Below, piece by piece: positions 1 through 11,747 of a stretch of 64,000 nt of DNA. The stretch lies in contig JAWQFM010000006.1 of the NCBI GenBank assembly GCA_033442325.1, positions 1,749,508 to 1,813,507 of the forward strand. The letters are read 5' to 3'. Source of the stretch: Salpingoeca rosetta. Lineage: Eukaryota > Protista > Choanoflagellata. The notes beneath the pieces are model-generated. The model was not told the DNA's origin, ran no database searches, and was given only the letters and a program-made list of their open reading frames with translations. The translations under genes and the position numbers were made by a program. Each line of letters begins with the position of its first letter. The first letter of the stretch is position 1.

Positions 1-52
<52 letters not shown>

Positions 53-100
53 CACGAAAGCTGGTGTCAAATGTTCAGATGGGCACGGCCGCAAACGCAC

Positions 101-2101
101 TGTAGTTGCCGCGGTAGTAGAAGAGCTTCTTCATGTCGAGGTGGATGATGTCTGTGCACACGTTGTCAAGGAAGTCCTGGTCGTGGGACACAATCAGCAG
201 CGTGTTCTTCCACTTGGACAGGTAGTTGTCAAGCCAGATGACAGCATTCAAATCTGGCGGATGGAGTAAGTGGTGGCGGATGGAGTGTGAGATGGTGGGT
301 GAGTGGAGAGTGGAGGTGGGTGAGTGGAGGTGGGTGAGTGAAGGTGGGTGAGTGAGTGTGAGAGTGTGAGAGTGTGAGAGTGAGCGGAGGTGAGTGGAGG
401 TGAGTGAGTGAGTCATCCGTGTCAATGAGGGTACGGCAGCAGGTGAGTGCGCGTGCATCCACGTACACCCCGCACGGTGGCGGCCAAGCAGGCGAGGCAG
501 CAGGTTGCGTACCGAGATGGTTGGTGGGCTCGTCAAGCATCAGCAGCGTCGGTTCAATGAACAGAGCGCGGGCCAGCGACACACGCATCCTCCAGCCACC
601 GGAAAAGTTCTTTGTTTGCCGCGCCTGCATCTCCATGCTGAACCCAAGACCCTGCACCCCCGCAACAGGAGACACAAAGAGAGTCGAAGAGAGGGGGAGA
701 GGGGAGAGAAAAATAAGGAAGATTGTGTTGATGGTGAGTCACGCGAGTGTGTCGACGCGTGGATGGAACACAGCTGCGATGACACAGTCACGTTCACATC
801 AACGAACGACACTGCAGCGTCCGTGCGTCGTCCATCACGTCACGTGGTTCGCATGAGCGTAGCACGTACCGCCAGGATCTTGCGGGCCTTTGCCTCGGCA
901 GCAGCAACACCAGCGGCCTGCATCTCCGTGTACACCTGCGTGCAGTGATGTTGGATGACAATGATGGATGATGGAGGAGGAGTGTGGCCAAGGACGTGGG
1001 GGTGAGAAGCAATGCATCACAGATGAAATTGAAGGGATTGCGGTGCATGGTGGCACAAACGCAACGCCGGCACGAGATCGTGCATACAAAAAAGCACTTC
1101 AGTGCACACAGATTTCATCCCACTCCACCCAACCCCCTCACAAAACGGTTTCCGCACCTCTTCGAGTTCCTTTGTGGTCTTGTCGTCGCCCTTGCCTCTC
1201 TCCAGCAGTTTCGTGAGCTCCTTCTCCTTGGCGAGGAGTTCTGTGCGACGCGTATCCGCAGACAGCACGGCCTCAACAGCAGACAGGTCGTTTGCTTTCA
1301 CCTGGCGCGTCGAGCGTGGGTATTCGGTGAGACGAGAGCGAAGAGTGAATGGGCATGGAAGCGGGGAGAGGGGAAGGGGAGGGGAATGCGTCCACACCAC
1401 AGACACAAACACACAGACAGAGGGACAGACACAAACACAAACACAGGCACGGACGGGTACACACACACACAGACACACACACACACACACACACACACAG
1501 AAGCACACACAGGTACACACACAGACAGACAGACAGACACACACACAGACACGCAAACACACACACACACACACGCAAACACACACACACACACACACAA
1601 ACACACAGACACACCTCCTGCTCGCAGAGGAGGGCGTCGATGTTTGGCGGGAAGCGGAGTTTGCGCTCGGCAAGATGCTTCAGCAGCGTCGTCTTGCCGT
1701 GACTGCGAGTGGCAGTCCAAGAAGAGAAAGGCGGTGGGTTTGATGTGGCGGAATGGAAGCGAAAGATAGACGTTGTGCGCAGTGGATAGACAGACAGATA
1801 CACACATACACATACACAGACACAGACAGACACACACAGACAAGGCACAGTCAGACAGACACATGTACACAGATACGCACCCGTTGGGTCCAATGAGACC
1901 GTAGCGGCGGCCGTGTGTGATCTTGAGGGACGCGTTGACAAACAGGTCTTTGCCACGTGCGGAGATGGAGAAGGCATCGATGATGATATCAAGTGTTCCC
2001 TCGGGAATCTCGTCTGTGGACGCGCGCTGCGTGACGGAGAAGTTGCCGTCGGCTTCGCGGGCTGCCAGCATCGCATCGAACTTGGCCTGCACGTGATCGT
2101 G

Positions 2102-2141
<40 letters not shown>

Positions 2142-2143
2142 AG

Positions 2144-2186
<43 letters not shown>

Positions 2187-2428
2187 GGGCGATGAGTTGG
2201 CGGCACGGAATCAGCGCGCACGCACACACACACACACACACAACACACACACACACAGAAGGATGCATAGCAAGGCAAACACAAACACAAACGCACCTTC
2301 GCGGCCTCTTTCTTTCGCTGCTTGCGAGACTTTTTCTCTGTTGGTACGCAGATCATGTACATGACCACCTTGTGAGATCAATGTGCAAGCAAGCAAGCAA
2401 GCAAGTGCAAGCAAGCAACAACAACACC

Positions 2429-2460
<32 letters not shown>

Positions 2461-3640
2461 CAACAACACCAACATGATCATCATGATCGTTGTACCTTTT
2501 GGCTGCTGGTCCTCCTCTTCCTCCTGCTGTTGCTCCTCGTCACTGTTGTAGAAGTAATCCTCCTCCTCATCGCCATTCTCATCGCCACCTTCATTCTCCT
2601 CCTCATCCGCGTCTGCTTCCTCCTCGTCCTCGCTGATGGATGGCTGCTTGCCCTTCTTGCCCTTCTTCTTCTTGGTCTTCTTCTGGCTCTTCGTTGCAGG
2701 CTTTGGCACGTCCTCCACCTCCTCGTCCACCTCCTCATCATCGCCGATGTCGTTTGCTGCTTCTTCCTCCGCTTGCTCCTCCTTGTCTTCGTCCTCATCG
2801 GGGAACAGGTCCTGCTTCTTTCCCTTTTTGCCCTTCTTCTTCTTGTTCTTCTTTGACGCGGGCTGTGGGATGGCTTCCTCGACCTCCTCTTCCGCAGCGG
2901 CGGCAGCAAGCGGGTCCACGCCATCCTCCTCCTCGTCGTCGTCCCACAGGTCCTGCTTCTTGCCCTTCTTCTTGTTCTTCTTCTTGTTCTTCTTTGAGGC
3001 GGGCTGTGGCACGGCAGGCTGCTCGTCCTCCTGCTCCACGTTGTTGAGAACGTCAACGTCCTCGTCATCGTCGCCCCACAGGTCCTGCTTCTTGCCCTTC
3101 TTGCCCTTCTTCTTGTTCTTCTTCTGGCTCTTTGAAGCGGGCTGGGGCACGCTGTTTGTGGCCTCGTCGTCGTCGAGGGCCAGGTTGTTCAGCCCTGCGC
3201 GAGCAGAGGCCTCGTCCTCATCGTCGCTGTCGTTGCCGCGCTGCCCGCGGCGGCCCTTCTTTCCGCCCTTCTTACCACCCTTCTTACCGCCCTTGGCATC
3301 GGCGCTACCATTGTTGTTGTTGCCGTCGTTGCTTTGGCTCAGCGGGTCCACGACGCCAGCCTTTGCCTCCAGCTCGGCCCAGTCGTCGTCGTCGTCATTG
3401 CGACGTCCTTTCTTTCCCTTGCGACCTACATGCGCGAGCGTGCGTGTGTGTGTGTGTGTGTGCATATGCGTGAGCGTGCGTGTGTGCATATGTGTGAGTG
3501 TGCGTTCATGCATGTGGGTCGACTGGCGTGCGTGTTCTTGTGTACTTGTATGCGTGTCGTTTCCCTCAATGCACCCCACACGCACTCTTCCCCTCCCTCT
3601 CCCTCACACAAGTCAACACCAACCCCCCGGCCGTACCCAT
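101..3640 (-). CDS. ABCF1: ABC-F family translation factor ABCF1/ABC50, multi-exon; 3' part continues beyond the left edge of the window
   Basis: Spliced exons give a Lys/acidic N-terminus (2495-3425), Walker A GPNG|HGKTT split by an intron (~1881-2087 and ~1615-1702), signature [16 protein letters not shown], Walker [12 protein letters not shown]|DLNAVIWL and H-loop LIVSHD (101-253). No transmembrane segments. Start is ATGG|gtacgg at 3640-3637, spliced to tag|GTCGCAAG at 3425. Confidence 0.9.
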
Positions 3641-4587
3641 TGTCTTGGTTGGTTGGCTGTCCTTCGTACTGATGTGCGCAGACCTTCCGACGTTCTGTTC
3701 TCTTCTGTTACCCTCTCACCACCAAACCACGTGTGTTTCTGTGTGGAGCGAATGCGTGCGTCTCAGCGTTCGTAATCGCCTGCTGCACTGCTGTCTGCTG
3801 CGCCACACAAAATCTGGTCGTTCTTCCTACAGTTTGTGCTGTCGTGTCCGTAATTGAGCCGTGCGATAATTATTTGAAGATGTAAACAAATTATCGTCTT
3901 GGCCAGCGCGAAGAGAATTTTGCGTGGCCGCCAGCCAATCACCAGCAAGCAGCCGCCCACGCCATCAGCGTTTCTGCGACCTGACTCAGGCAGCGCTTTT
4001 TGCTGATGCCGTATGCGCCGTTCCTTCCCTTGTTTTGCCCTCTCCCTCTCCCGTTCTCTTCCTCGCTTTGCTTTGTTGTTGGTGTTTGGTGGTGTGGGAA
4101 AGCGCGCGGTTGGGGTTTGAACGGTCGGTCATCCCAACGGCCCGGCCCGTTCAGCTGGCAAGACAATCAACGCAGCGGCGCAGCTAACAACGTGGTTGCA
4201 CTCTGTGCCCGTGTTGAAGAAGGACAACACCGGCAGGAAGCACTCCAAGGAAGGACACCAAGGAAGGACGCTTGGCTGACGCGGAACAAGAACGACAGCA
4301 GCCAACAGAGGTGGGAACAGTGTGTGTGTATCGTGTGTGAGAAGGAGAGAGAGAGAGTGTGTGTGTGTCTTCATGACGTAAGTGCGCGGTGCATGGTGTG
4401 TGCCTTGTGAGTTGGTTTCCACCAGCACGCTCATCCATGCACTACCACCACCAGCACGCTCATCCATGCACCACCACCGCGCTCATCCATGCACCACCAT
4501 TACACTGTCACCATACAACGCCCCCCCCACCCACCTCTCTCGCACTCTCTTCCAGCAAAACGTCGTGCATACGCAAGCTTTGCAAGT

Positions 4588-4841
4588 ATGAGCGACGGCC
4601 AGAAGCAGCAAGCACCAGCACAACAGCAGTACTCGCAATTCAACGCACAGCCCGCCGGACTTCCTTCACAACAACAGCAGCATCAGCAGCAACAAGCCAT
4701 GGACTTGCCTCGGTCCGACACCTTCAGCGGACTCCCCTCATACGTCATCACCACATCGTCCAACGGTGGTGCCGGCGAGAACGTGCGTGCTGATGCCACC
4801 ACACACCACCAACACCACCAGCACCACCAGCAGCACGAACA

Positions 4842-4883
<42 letters not shown>

Positions 4884-5590
4884 CATGATCGTGAGCATGC
4901 CCTCGGGTGTTGTTGACCCGTCTGGAATGCAACAGCAGCACCAGTTCTCGCAGGGCCAAAGCGACCACCAGCGCTACCAGCAAAGCCACATGCCGCACGG
5001 GCACCCCCAGCAGCTTCACGCGGGTCTGCCCTCTGCTTTGCCTCACCACAGCCAGTACATGATCGTCCCGCAAAATGTGTCATATGCCGCAGCGCAGGAA
5101 CACGGTGGTGGTGAGCACAAGCTGTCTACCTCATCGGCCGACCCGTCCCTTATGCCCATGCTTAGCGTGCCGGCACCACACAGCCACGCTCAGCAGCAGC
5201 ACCAGCAGCAGTTACAGGAGCACCATCATCAGCAACACCACCAGCAGCACCAGCACCATCAACAGCAACAGCAGCACCACCAACAACAACATGACTCGCA
5301 AATGCCAGTGTCCATGGCTCCCATGATGCAGATGCAGATGAACCCACTTGCACAATCCCAGCAGCCGCAGCAGATGATGATGATGCCGGGCGCCGCCCAG
5401 CACGTGGCGCCGCACCACATGCAGGCAATACACCTCCCGCCACAGCAGGAGCAACAGGCCATGCAGGTGCTGCACCACGATCAGGACAAACAGCAACACC
5501 AGCAGCACCAGCAGCACCAGCAGCAGCACTCTCTGCATCAGCTTCCACACGCGCACCATCAGCACCCGCTGCTCGCCAACCAGCAACAGG

Positions 5591-5627
<37 letters not shown>

Positions 5628-8111
5628 GCAACAGCAGCAGCAGCAGCAACAGCAGCAGCAGGATGTGAAGGAAAGTGCACACATTGCGCAAGGTGTAGAC
5701 GAGCAACATCACGACGCCCACGCTCACCACCAGCAACAGCAGCAACAGCAACAGCAGCGGGAAGGAGAGACCCCAGCAGCTGCCAGCGCACAGTCCACAA
5801 ATCAGCAGCAAGACCAACACGCAAAACAGCAGACGTCTGTGGAAAGACAGCAAAGCGGAGATGCGCATGAGCAACAACAATCAGCACAACCGCACCACCA
5901 CCACCAACAACAACAACAGCAGCAACAACAGCAACAACAACATGCACCTCAAGAGGCCCAACACATACAACAGCAACAGCAGCAACAGCAGCAGTTGTCG
6001 CGGCACCACCATCAGCAGCAACGACACAACTTGGATGAACTGCTCCCCTCCGGGAGTGCGAGTGGCGGGGCGTCCCACCACCACGTCGCCCAACGCCACG
6101 CCGATGCATCCCACAGCTACATGATGACATGTGCGCTGTCGGCCAAGGTGTTGGACCTGCTGTTGCGCATCAGCACGTTCAAGGGCCACGGCGCTTTTGT
6201 GATTGGCTTCGCGCCGAGCAAGGTGCCTCGCCACCCGCGCTTCCCATTCGCAAAGGTGCTCGATGTGATCCAGGCGCCGCACTTGGACAGCGCCAAGCTG
6301 GCGAACCGCTACTACTTCCAGTCGTCACTGCATAGGGACGGCAACCTTGTGCAGTACGAGTCTAAGGGCGTCACGCCACTGGTTGAGCTGCGTCGCATCA
6401 TGCTCAAGGGCAACGGGGAGGAGGACCCTTCGTTGCCCGATACGCTCGCAGACCTGCTTATGCTGTCACCAACAGGGCACCCGCTGGTGCGAGACAACGG
6501 CTCTGAGATCACGTGCGAGGACGTGTTTTCCCACATCATGGACACGCCCGTGCGTGCCGACGACGACTTGTGGTGGCAGGACGTGACGGCGGCCCTGGGC
6601 ATCACGCTGCCGCTCAAGCGAGACGAAATCGTGGCCGTGGCCAAGAACATGATGGCATCGGACTTGCCCTCCCACGCCGCAAACATCAACGTGGAGCGGC
6701 TCATTGACTATGACGCTGCAACGGCGCAGTCGATGCAGGCCAGCGGGCAGCAGGTTCAAACAGGCGCGAAGGCCACAGGGGGCATGGGAACACATGCTCA
6801 GGGCCCAATACCACCGCCCTCGTCATCGGCAACCAACACGAGCCTGGCGCTGCTGGCTGACACAGCACTGCAAGGTCCCGTAGAAGCCACCACCACCACC
6901 ACCACCACCAGCACCACCACCAACAACAACGATAGCAGCAGCAGCAACAGCGAGATTCCCGCGACGAGTGGTGGCGGTGGTGGCAGCGGCAGGGGTGAAT
7001 TCCTGCCAGCAGGCGCGCAGGAGTGCACTGTGAGCCGCTACCAAAACAAGTCGCTTCGCGTTCCCCCCAGGCGTGGCCAGACCATGCACGTGTGCGCCGC
7101 AGTGGCCGTTGCCCTGTACCACGACAAGCACGGCGACGACGTTGCAGACGCGGCCACGGCACCAGCTGTTGGGAAGAAGGTGAAAGTGGCTTTCCCGCAC
7201 GCAGACAAGGCCCCGAGCCCCTTCCGTGCGCCCGATGGTGCCCAGCCGCTCGACACAACCGGCACCGCGTTCAAGCCCTTTGCAACAGGTCTGGACAATG
7301 ACCTCTTCTCCGCGTGTGCACGGCTGTTCAGCCTGCCGACGTTTGGTGGCCCGCCCAGCCGCACCACGAGCCGCGGGCTTGAGCGCATCTTCAGCTCGCT
7401 GCAGTCTCGTGCAGGCCAGGAGGCAGCACCACCCGGCACTGCCGCCAACACGAACACCAGCAGCAGTGGCGGTGGCGATGCGGGCATGGCAGGCAACTGG
7501 CTGTTCCGGCTGCAGAGTGATTTTTCCTCGCTCATTGCCAACACAGGCAACACGACCACAGCGGCGAGTGGGGCCACTGGATTTGGCATGCCTGCAGGCA
7601 CCGTGCCGGGGGTGTCGTCGACGGCAGCAGCAGCAGCAGCAGCAGCAGGGGCGATGCCCATGGCGCCGTCCACGCCGTTCACCGCCGGCCCACGTGGCAG
7701 AACTTCGGGCGACATGGCCGCTCCTGTTGCCGGCAGCGTGATGGCAACACCGCAGCAGCCTCGCCTGGGCACGCTACCCGACACGCCGGCAACCCCTGCC
7801 CTGGCGACCGTAACGCCTGGTCCTGGCGTCCCTGCTGTGCCGCCTGCCTCGTCACAGCGCTCGTCGCTGAGCGGCCTGCTGCCAGCCACATCGCACACGC
7901 CCGGCACCTCGCTGCCAGACACGCCAGTCGCACCCATGTCGACGTCGTATGCGCGCTCGGTGCACCCGATGAAGTCACGTGTGGACTCGCACTGGCCAGA
8001 GGAGTGGCTGAACATGAAGGTGGTCGACTTCAACCGCTTTGCAAAGTCCAAGCGCCTCACGCCAGACGAAATTGAAGACCTCAAGCGAGCAAGGTGCGTG
8101 TACTCTGCGTG

Positions 8112-8180
<69 letters not shown>

Positions 8181-8183
8181 GTG

Positions 8184-8222
<39 letters not shown>

Positions 8223-9164
8223 CTGTGTGCCTTTTTTTGTTTGTGTTTTTCGTGTTGAAGGTCCCAGCTTGTGCGAAAACCAACACACGTCCCAGTCCCC
8301 AAGCCAATTTGCCGTGCACCATTTATGGCCCTTTTGATTGACGCAGCTGCCTTCCTTGTCTTGCTTGTTTCCGGGTGTGCGCTCAGGCGTCGCAAGAAGA
8401 ACCGCCTGTATGCCAAGCGCAGCCGTCAACGCAAAACACAAAAGTCAGTTGCTGCACTACACTCGCCTGTCTGCTTACTTGTTTGTCTGCTCACTTGTTT
8501 GTTTGTTTGCTTGCTTGCTTGCTTGCCAGCTCAACTTTCCGCAAGGGCTTCCTACCTTGTGTGTGCTGTTCGTCATTTCCATGCTCATCATTGAAACGGT
8601 CACAACTGTGATGATGACTACCGCGGTTCTGCCACACTTCCTCACCCCCACCCAACTCACTCACCTACTTGTTGCACTTTCGCCTCCTTGCTCGTTGTGT
8701 GTGTGTGTGTGTGTATGTGTGTGTGTGTGTGTGCATGTCTCGTTTTGATCTCTGCCGCTGCTGTCTCTGCCGCTGCTGCTGTCAGGTTGGAGGATACACT
8801 GACCAAGTACGAAGAGCTGCAACGCACGCTCAGCCCAGGTGCAAATACTGGCACAGTGCACCATCACAGCACAGACGCGCCTGGCGGTGGTGGCGGTGGT
8901 GGCGGTGACGGTATCACAACAGCGACACCATCTTCGTCCATCGCCACATCGGTTGAAACGGGCACGGCAGGGAACAACCACAACTCCGGCAACGCGGCCA
9001 ATGCGAACGCCAGCGCAAATGATGGCGCCGCGTCTGCTACCGACGATGCCGCTGCCACCACCACTGTTACATCGGACGCTGATGTGAGCATGACACCACG
9101 GAGCCACCATGATGACGTTGGCAGTGGCGCTCCGCCCGCAAAGCTTGCCAAGACAACCGAATAG
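4588..9164 (+). CDS. Poly-Q/His-rich bZIP transcription factor with Maf-like extended homology and basic region (3 exons)
   Basis: Exon 1 (4588-~8093) ends EEWLNMKVVDFNRFAKSKRLTPDEIEDLKRA. Splicing to ~8387 gives RRRKKNRLYAKRSRQRKTQ, and splicing to ~8786 gives KLEDTLTKYEELQRTLSP, with a stop at 9162-9164. KNRxYA resembles the Maf basic region (KNRGYA). Confidence 0.75.
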
Positions 9165-9762
9165 AGAGAGTGTGTATGTGTGTGTGTGTGCGTAAGAGTG
9201 AGAGAGAGAGAGAGTGAGTGTGTGTGTGTGTGTGTGCGTGCGTAAGAGTGAGTGTGAGTGTGTATGTGTGTGTATGTGTGCGTATGTGTGTGTATGTGTG
9301 CGTGTGCATTCTGCGTATGCTTGCGTACGTACCTCTTTTCCTTGCGTTGGTTGCACGGTCACCCCCACAACCACCTTGCTTGTGTACCACCGCCTTGTGT
9401 TCTTCCTTGTGTTTGCCCCCTCTGCCCTCAAATCCTTGTGCCAACCCCCCCCCCCCTCCTCATTTGGTGCACACGTTCCCATGCATGACTGAACAAGAGC
9501 AAAAGAGTCCTCAATCGGTGCGAATATGTCTATGACGATGGCTGTTGAGCCGAGGAAGAGGGCACGACGCAACAAACACGTACCGCAAGTTCACTCGAGC
9601 TGTGAGTTGGGGCACGTTCATGTGTACAATACAGGAGACACGTGAAACAGCAGCAAGGCAAGAAAGGTGAAGAAACCTCGCATGCAAGGAAGTGGTGTGA
9701 TGCGAAATGTAACGGCAACACGCACGGACGGCGAGCAAGCAAGACGTGCAGATGCATCAGCA

Positions 9763-10116
9763 TCACTGGGAAGATGGGGGCTGTTGCGGCGGGAGGGCTG
9801 GCTGTGTGGATGGTGCTTGCGCCGATGATGATGATGATGATGGTGGTGCTTGTGATGAGGAGGATGATGAGCCTTGGAGGTACTGCTGGGACTGTGTTGC
9901 CAGGTAGTTGAGGCCACCAAGCAAGGCAGATCCCACCCGGTCCGTGACCCTGTACTCTTGGTTCAGTTCGCCAACCTTCTTCACGCTCGCAGATGCAATG
10001 GTGCCCACCTTCTGCTCAAGCGAAAAAGCGCGGGTCAGAGAGTGAGTGAGTGCGCAGAAGGTAGAGGACTGCGTAATGTCAACGATTGGGAACAAAGGCA
10101 GAAACAGCCCATCGAG

Positions 10117-10164
<48 letters not shown>

Positions 10165-10201
10165 GTACACATGCGGACACACGCAACACACATACACCCA
10201 G

Positions 10202-10232
<31 letters not shown>

Positions 10233-10687
10233 CTCTCTCTCTCACACCAAGATCCCCCCCCACACACACACACGCACACACACACGCAACACCTCACCTT
10301 GGTGATTTGATGCTTCTCGTTGAGTTGGACGGCAGAGCCATATGCTGAGGAGACGCCTGCCTTGACATTGTCCACCACCTTGTACTTTTCATTGGCAGCA
10401 ACGGCGGCGCTGTAGGTTGACTTGACGCCAGATGCAATGGTGTGCGTGATCTGGTGTCGTTCGTTCAGCTCCTTGGCTGTTTGATAGCCCTGCACAAGGT
10501 ACTTGCCACCGTCTCGATTTGCCGCCTTCAGTTGCAAGAGCGTTTGAGAAGAACAGGCATGGAAGGTGGGGGCGGGCGGGGAGTGAGCGGCTGGATGGAT
10601 ACAATGCATGTGGTTGTGTTGACGGACACGCACACACAGACACACAGACACGCAGATACACAAACGCACAGACACACAGACACACAG

Positions 10688-10726
<39 letters not shown>

Positions 10727-11106
10727 GACAGACACACACAAAGACAGACACACAGACAGACACACAGACACACACAGGCACAGACACGCAGACACACTCA
10801 ATTACACACCTTGACGGCTTCGACGCCAACGTCGACAACGGATGGGTCTTGTGCTGGGGTGGCGAGGGCGGTTGACGCTGGGCCACCATTGCTCGTTGGC
10901 GGCGCAGGAAGCACGGGGAGAGCGCCAGACATTTCCTTGTGGAGGGAGTCGACGCGGGCTGCGTAGGATGCACGGCACTGCTTCACGGAATCACGGGACT
11001 GCGAAAAGGATGGGTCTGCGAGTGCTTGGTCCAGGTTCTGAATAGCGTGAGAATACAAGCCAATCGCTTCCTTGTAATTGCCTGCAGCGTGAAGGCGTGC
11101 GTGCGT

Positions 11107-11156
<50 letters not shown>

Positions 11157-11398
11157 CGAAGAGAATGGACAGGCGCCCGTGGTTGGACTCGCATATGCAT
11201 ACACCACCCACTCTCGAGCCCTCAAGCCGAAGCAACGCATGACTCATGGCTTGCTTGCTTGCTCGTTGAGCAACAGCGTGCAATGCAGCGCATGGATATC
11301 TTGCGCGCAAACTCACCCAAGTTGTCCATCTCCACGGCTGCATGTGCAAACCGGGAGGCTTGTTCGAGCCGAGGGTGCATCTTTTGCGTCGTGGCCAT
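9763..11398 (-). CDS. MIT-domain protein with C-terminal amphipathic repeats (4 exons)
   Basis: [27 protein letters not shown]|[21 protein letters not shown]...[12 protein letters not shown] fits the MIT three-helix pattern (A-x3-D-x2-G-x-Y-x2-A...Y-x2-R). It is followed by repeats [11 protein letters not shown] / [11 protein letters not shown] / [11 protein letters not shown] / [11 protein letters not shown]. Confidence 0.7.
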
Positions 11399-11747
11399 GT
11401 CTGCTATCGATGTGCTGGGGGTGTATGGAGACAGTGAGGTGTTCGTGTGTGTTGATGTGATGAGAATTGCTTGTCTTGTCTTGCGTTGTCGTCGTCTGCT
11501 ACTCTCATTGATGAGTCATCAAGCGTCGTTGGCTGCGTTTATTGGTTTCCAAGAAAGAAGCACCACTCGTCGTATCTCATCGTATCATGCCGCCGCAACC
11601 ATGCCAAACTACAACACACACACACACACACACGCAGAACACACACACACACACACACACGCAGAACACACACACACACACACACACAGAACACAAACAC
11701 ACACACACACACACGCAGAACACAAACACAGGTGCATCTATCTCATC

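Noticed and set aside
3880-3890. Forkhead-like TGTAAACA in the ABCF1/bZIP intergenic region
   Set aside because: A single short motif, expected by chance.
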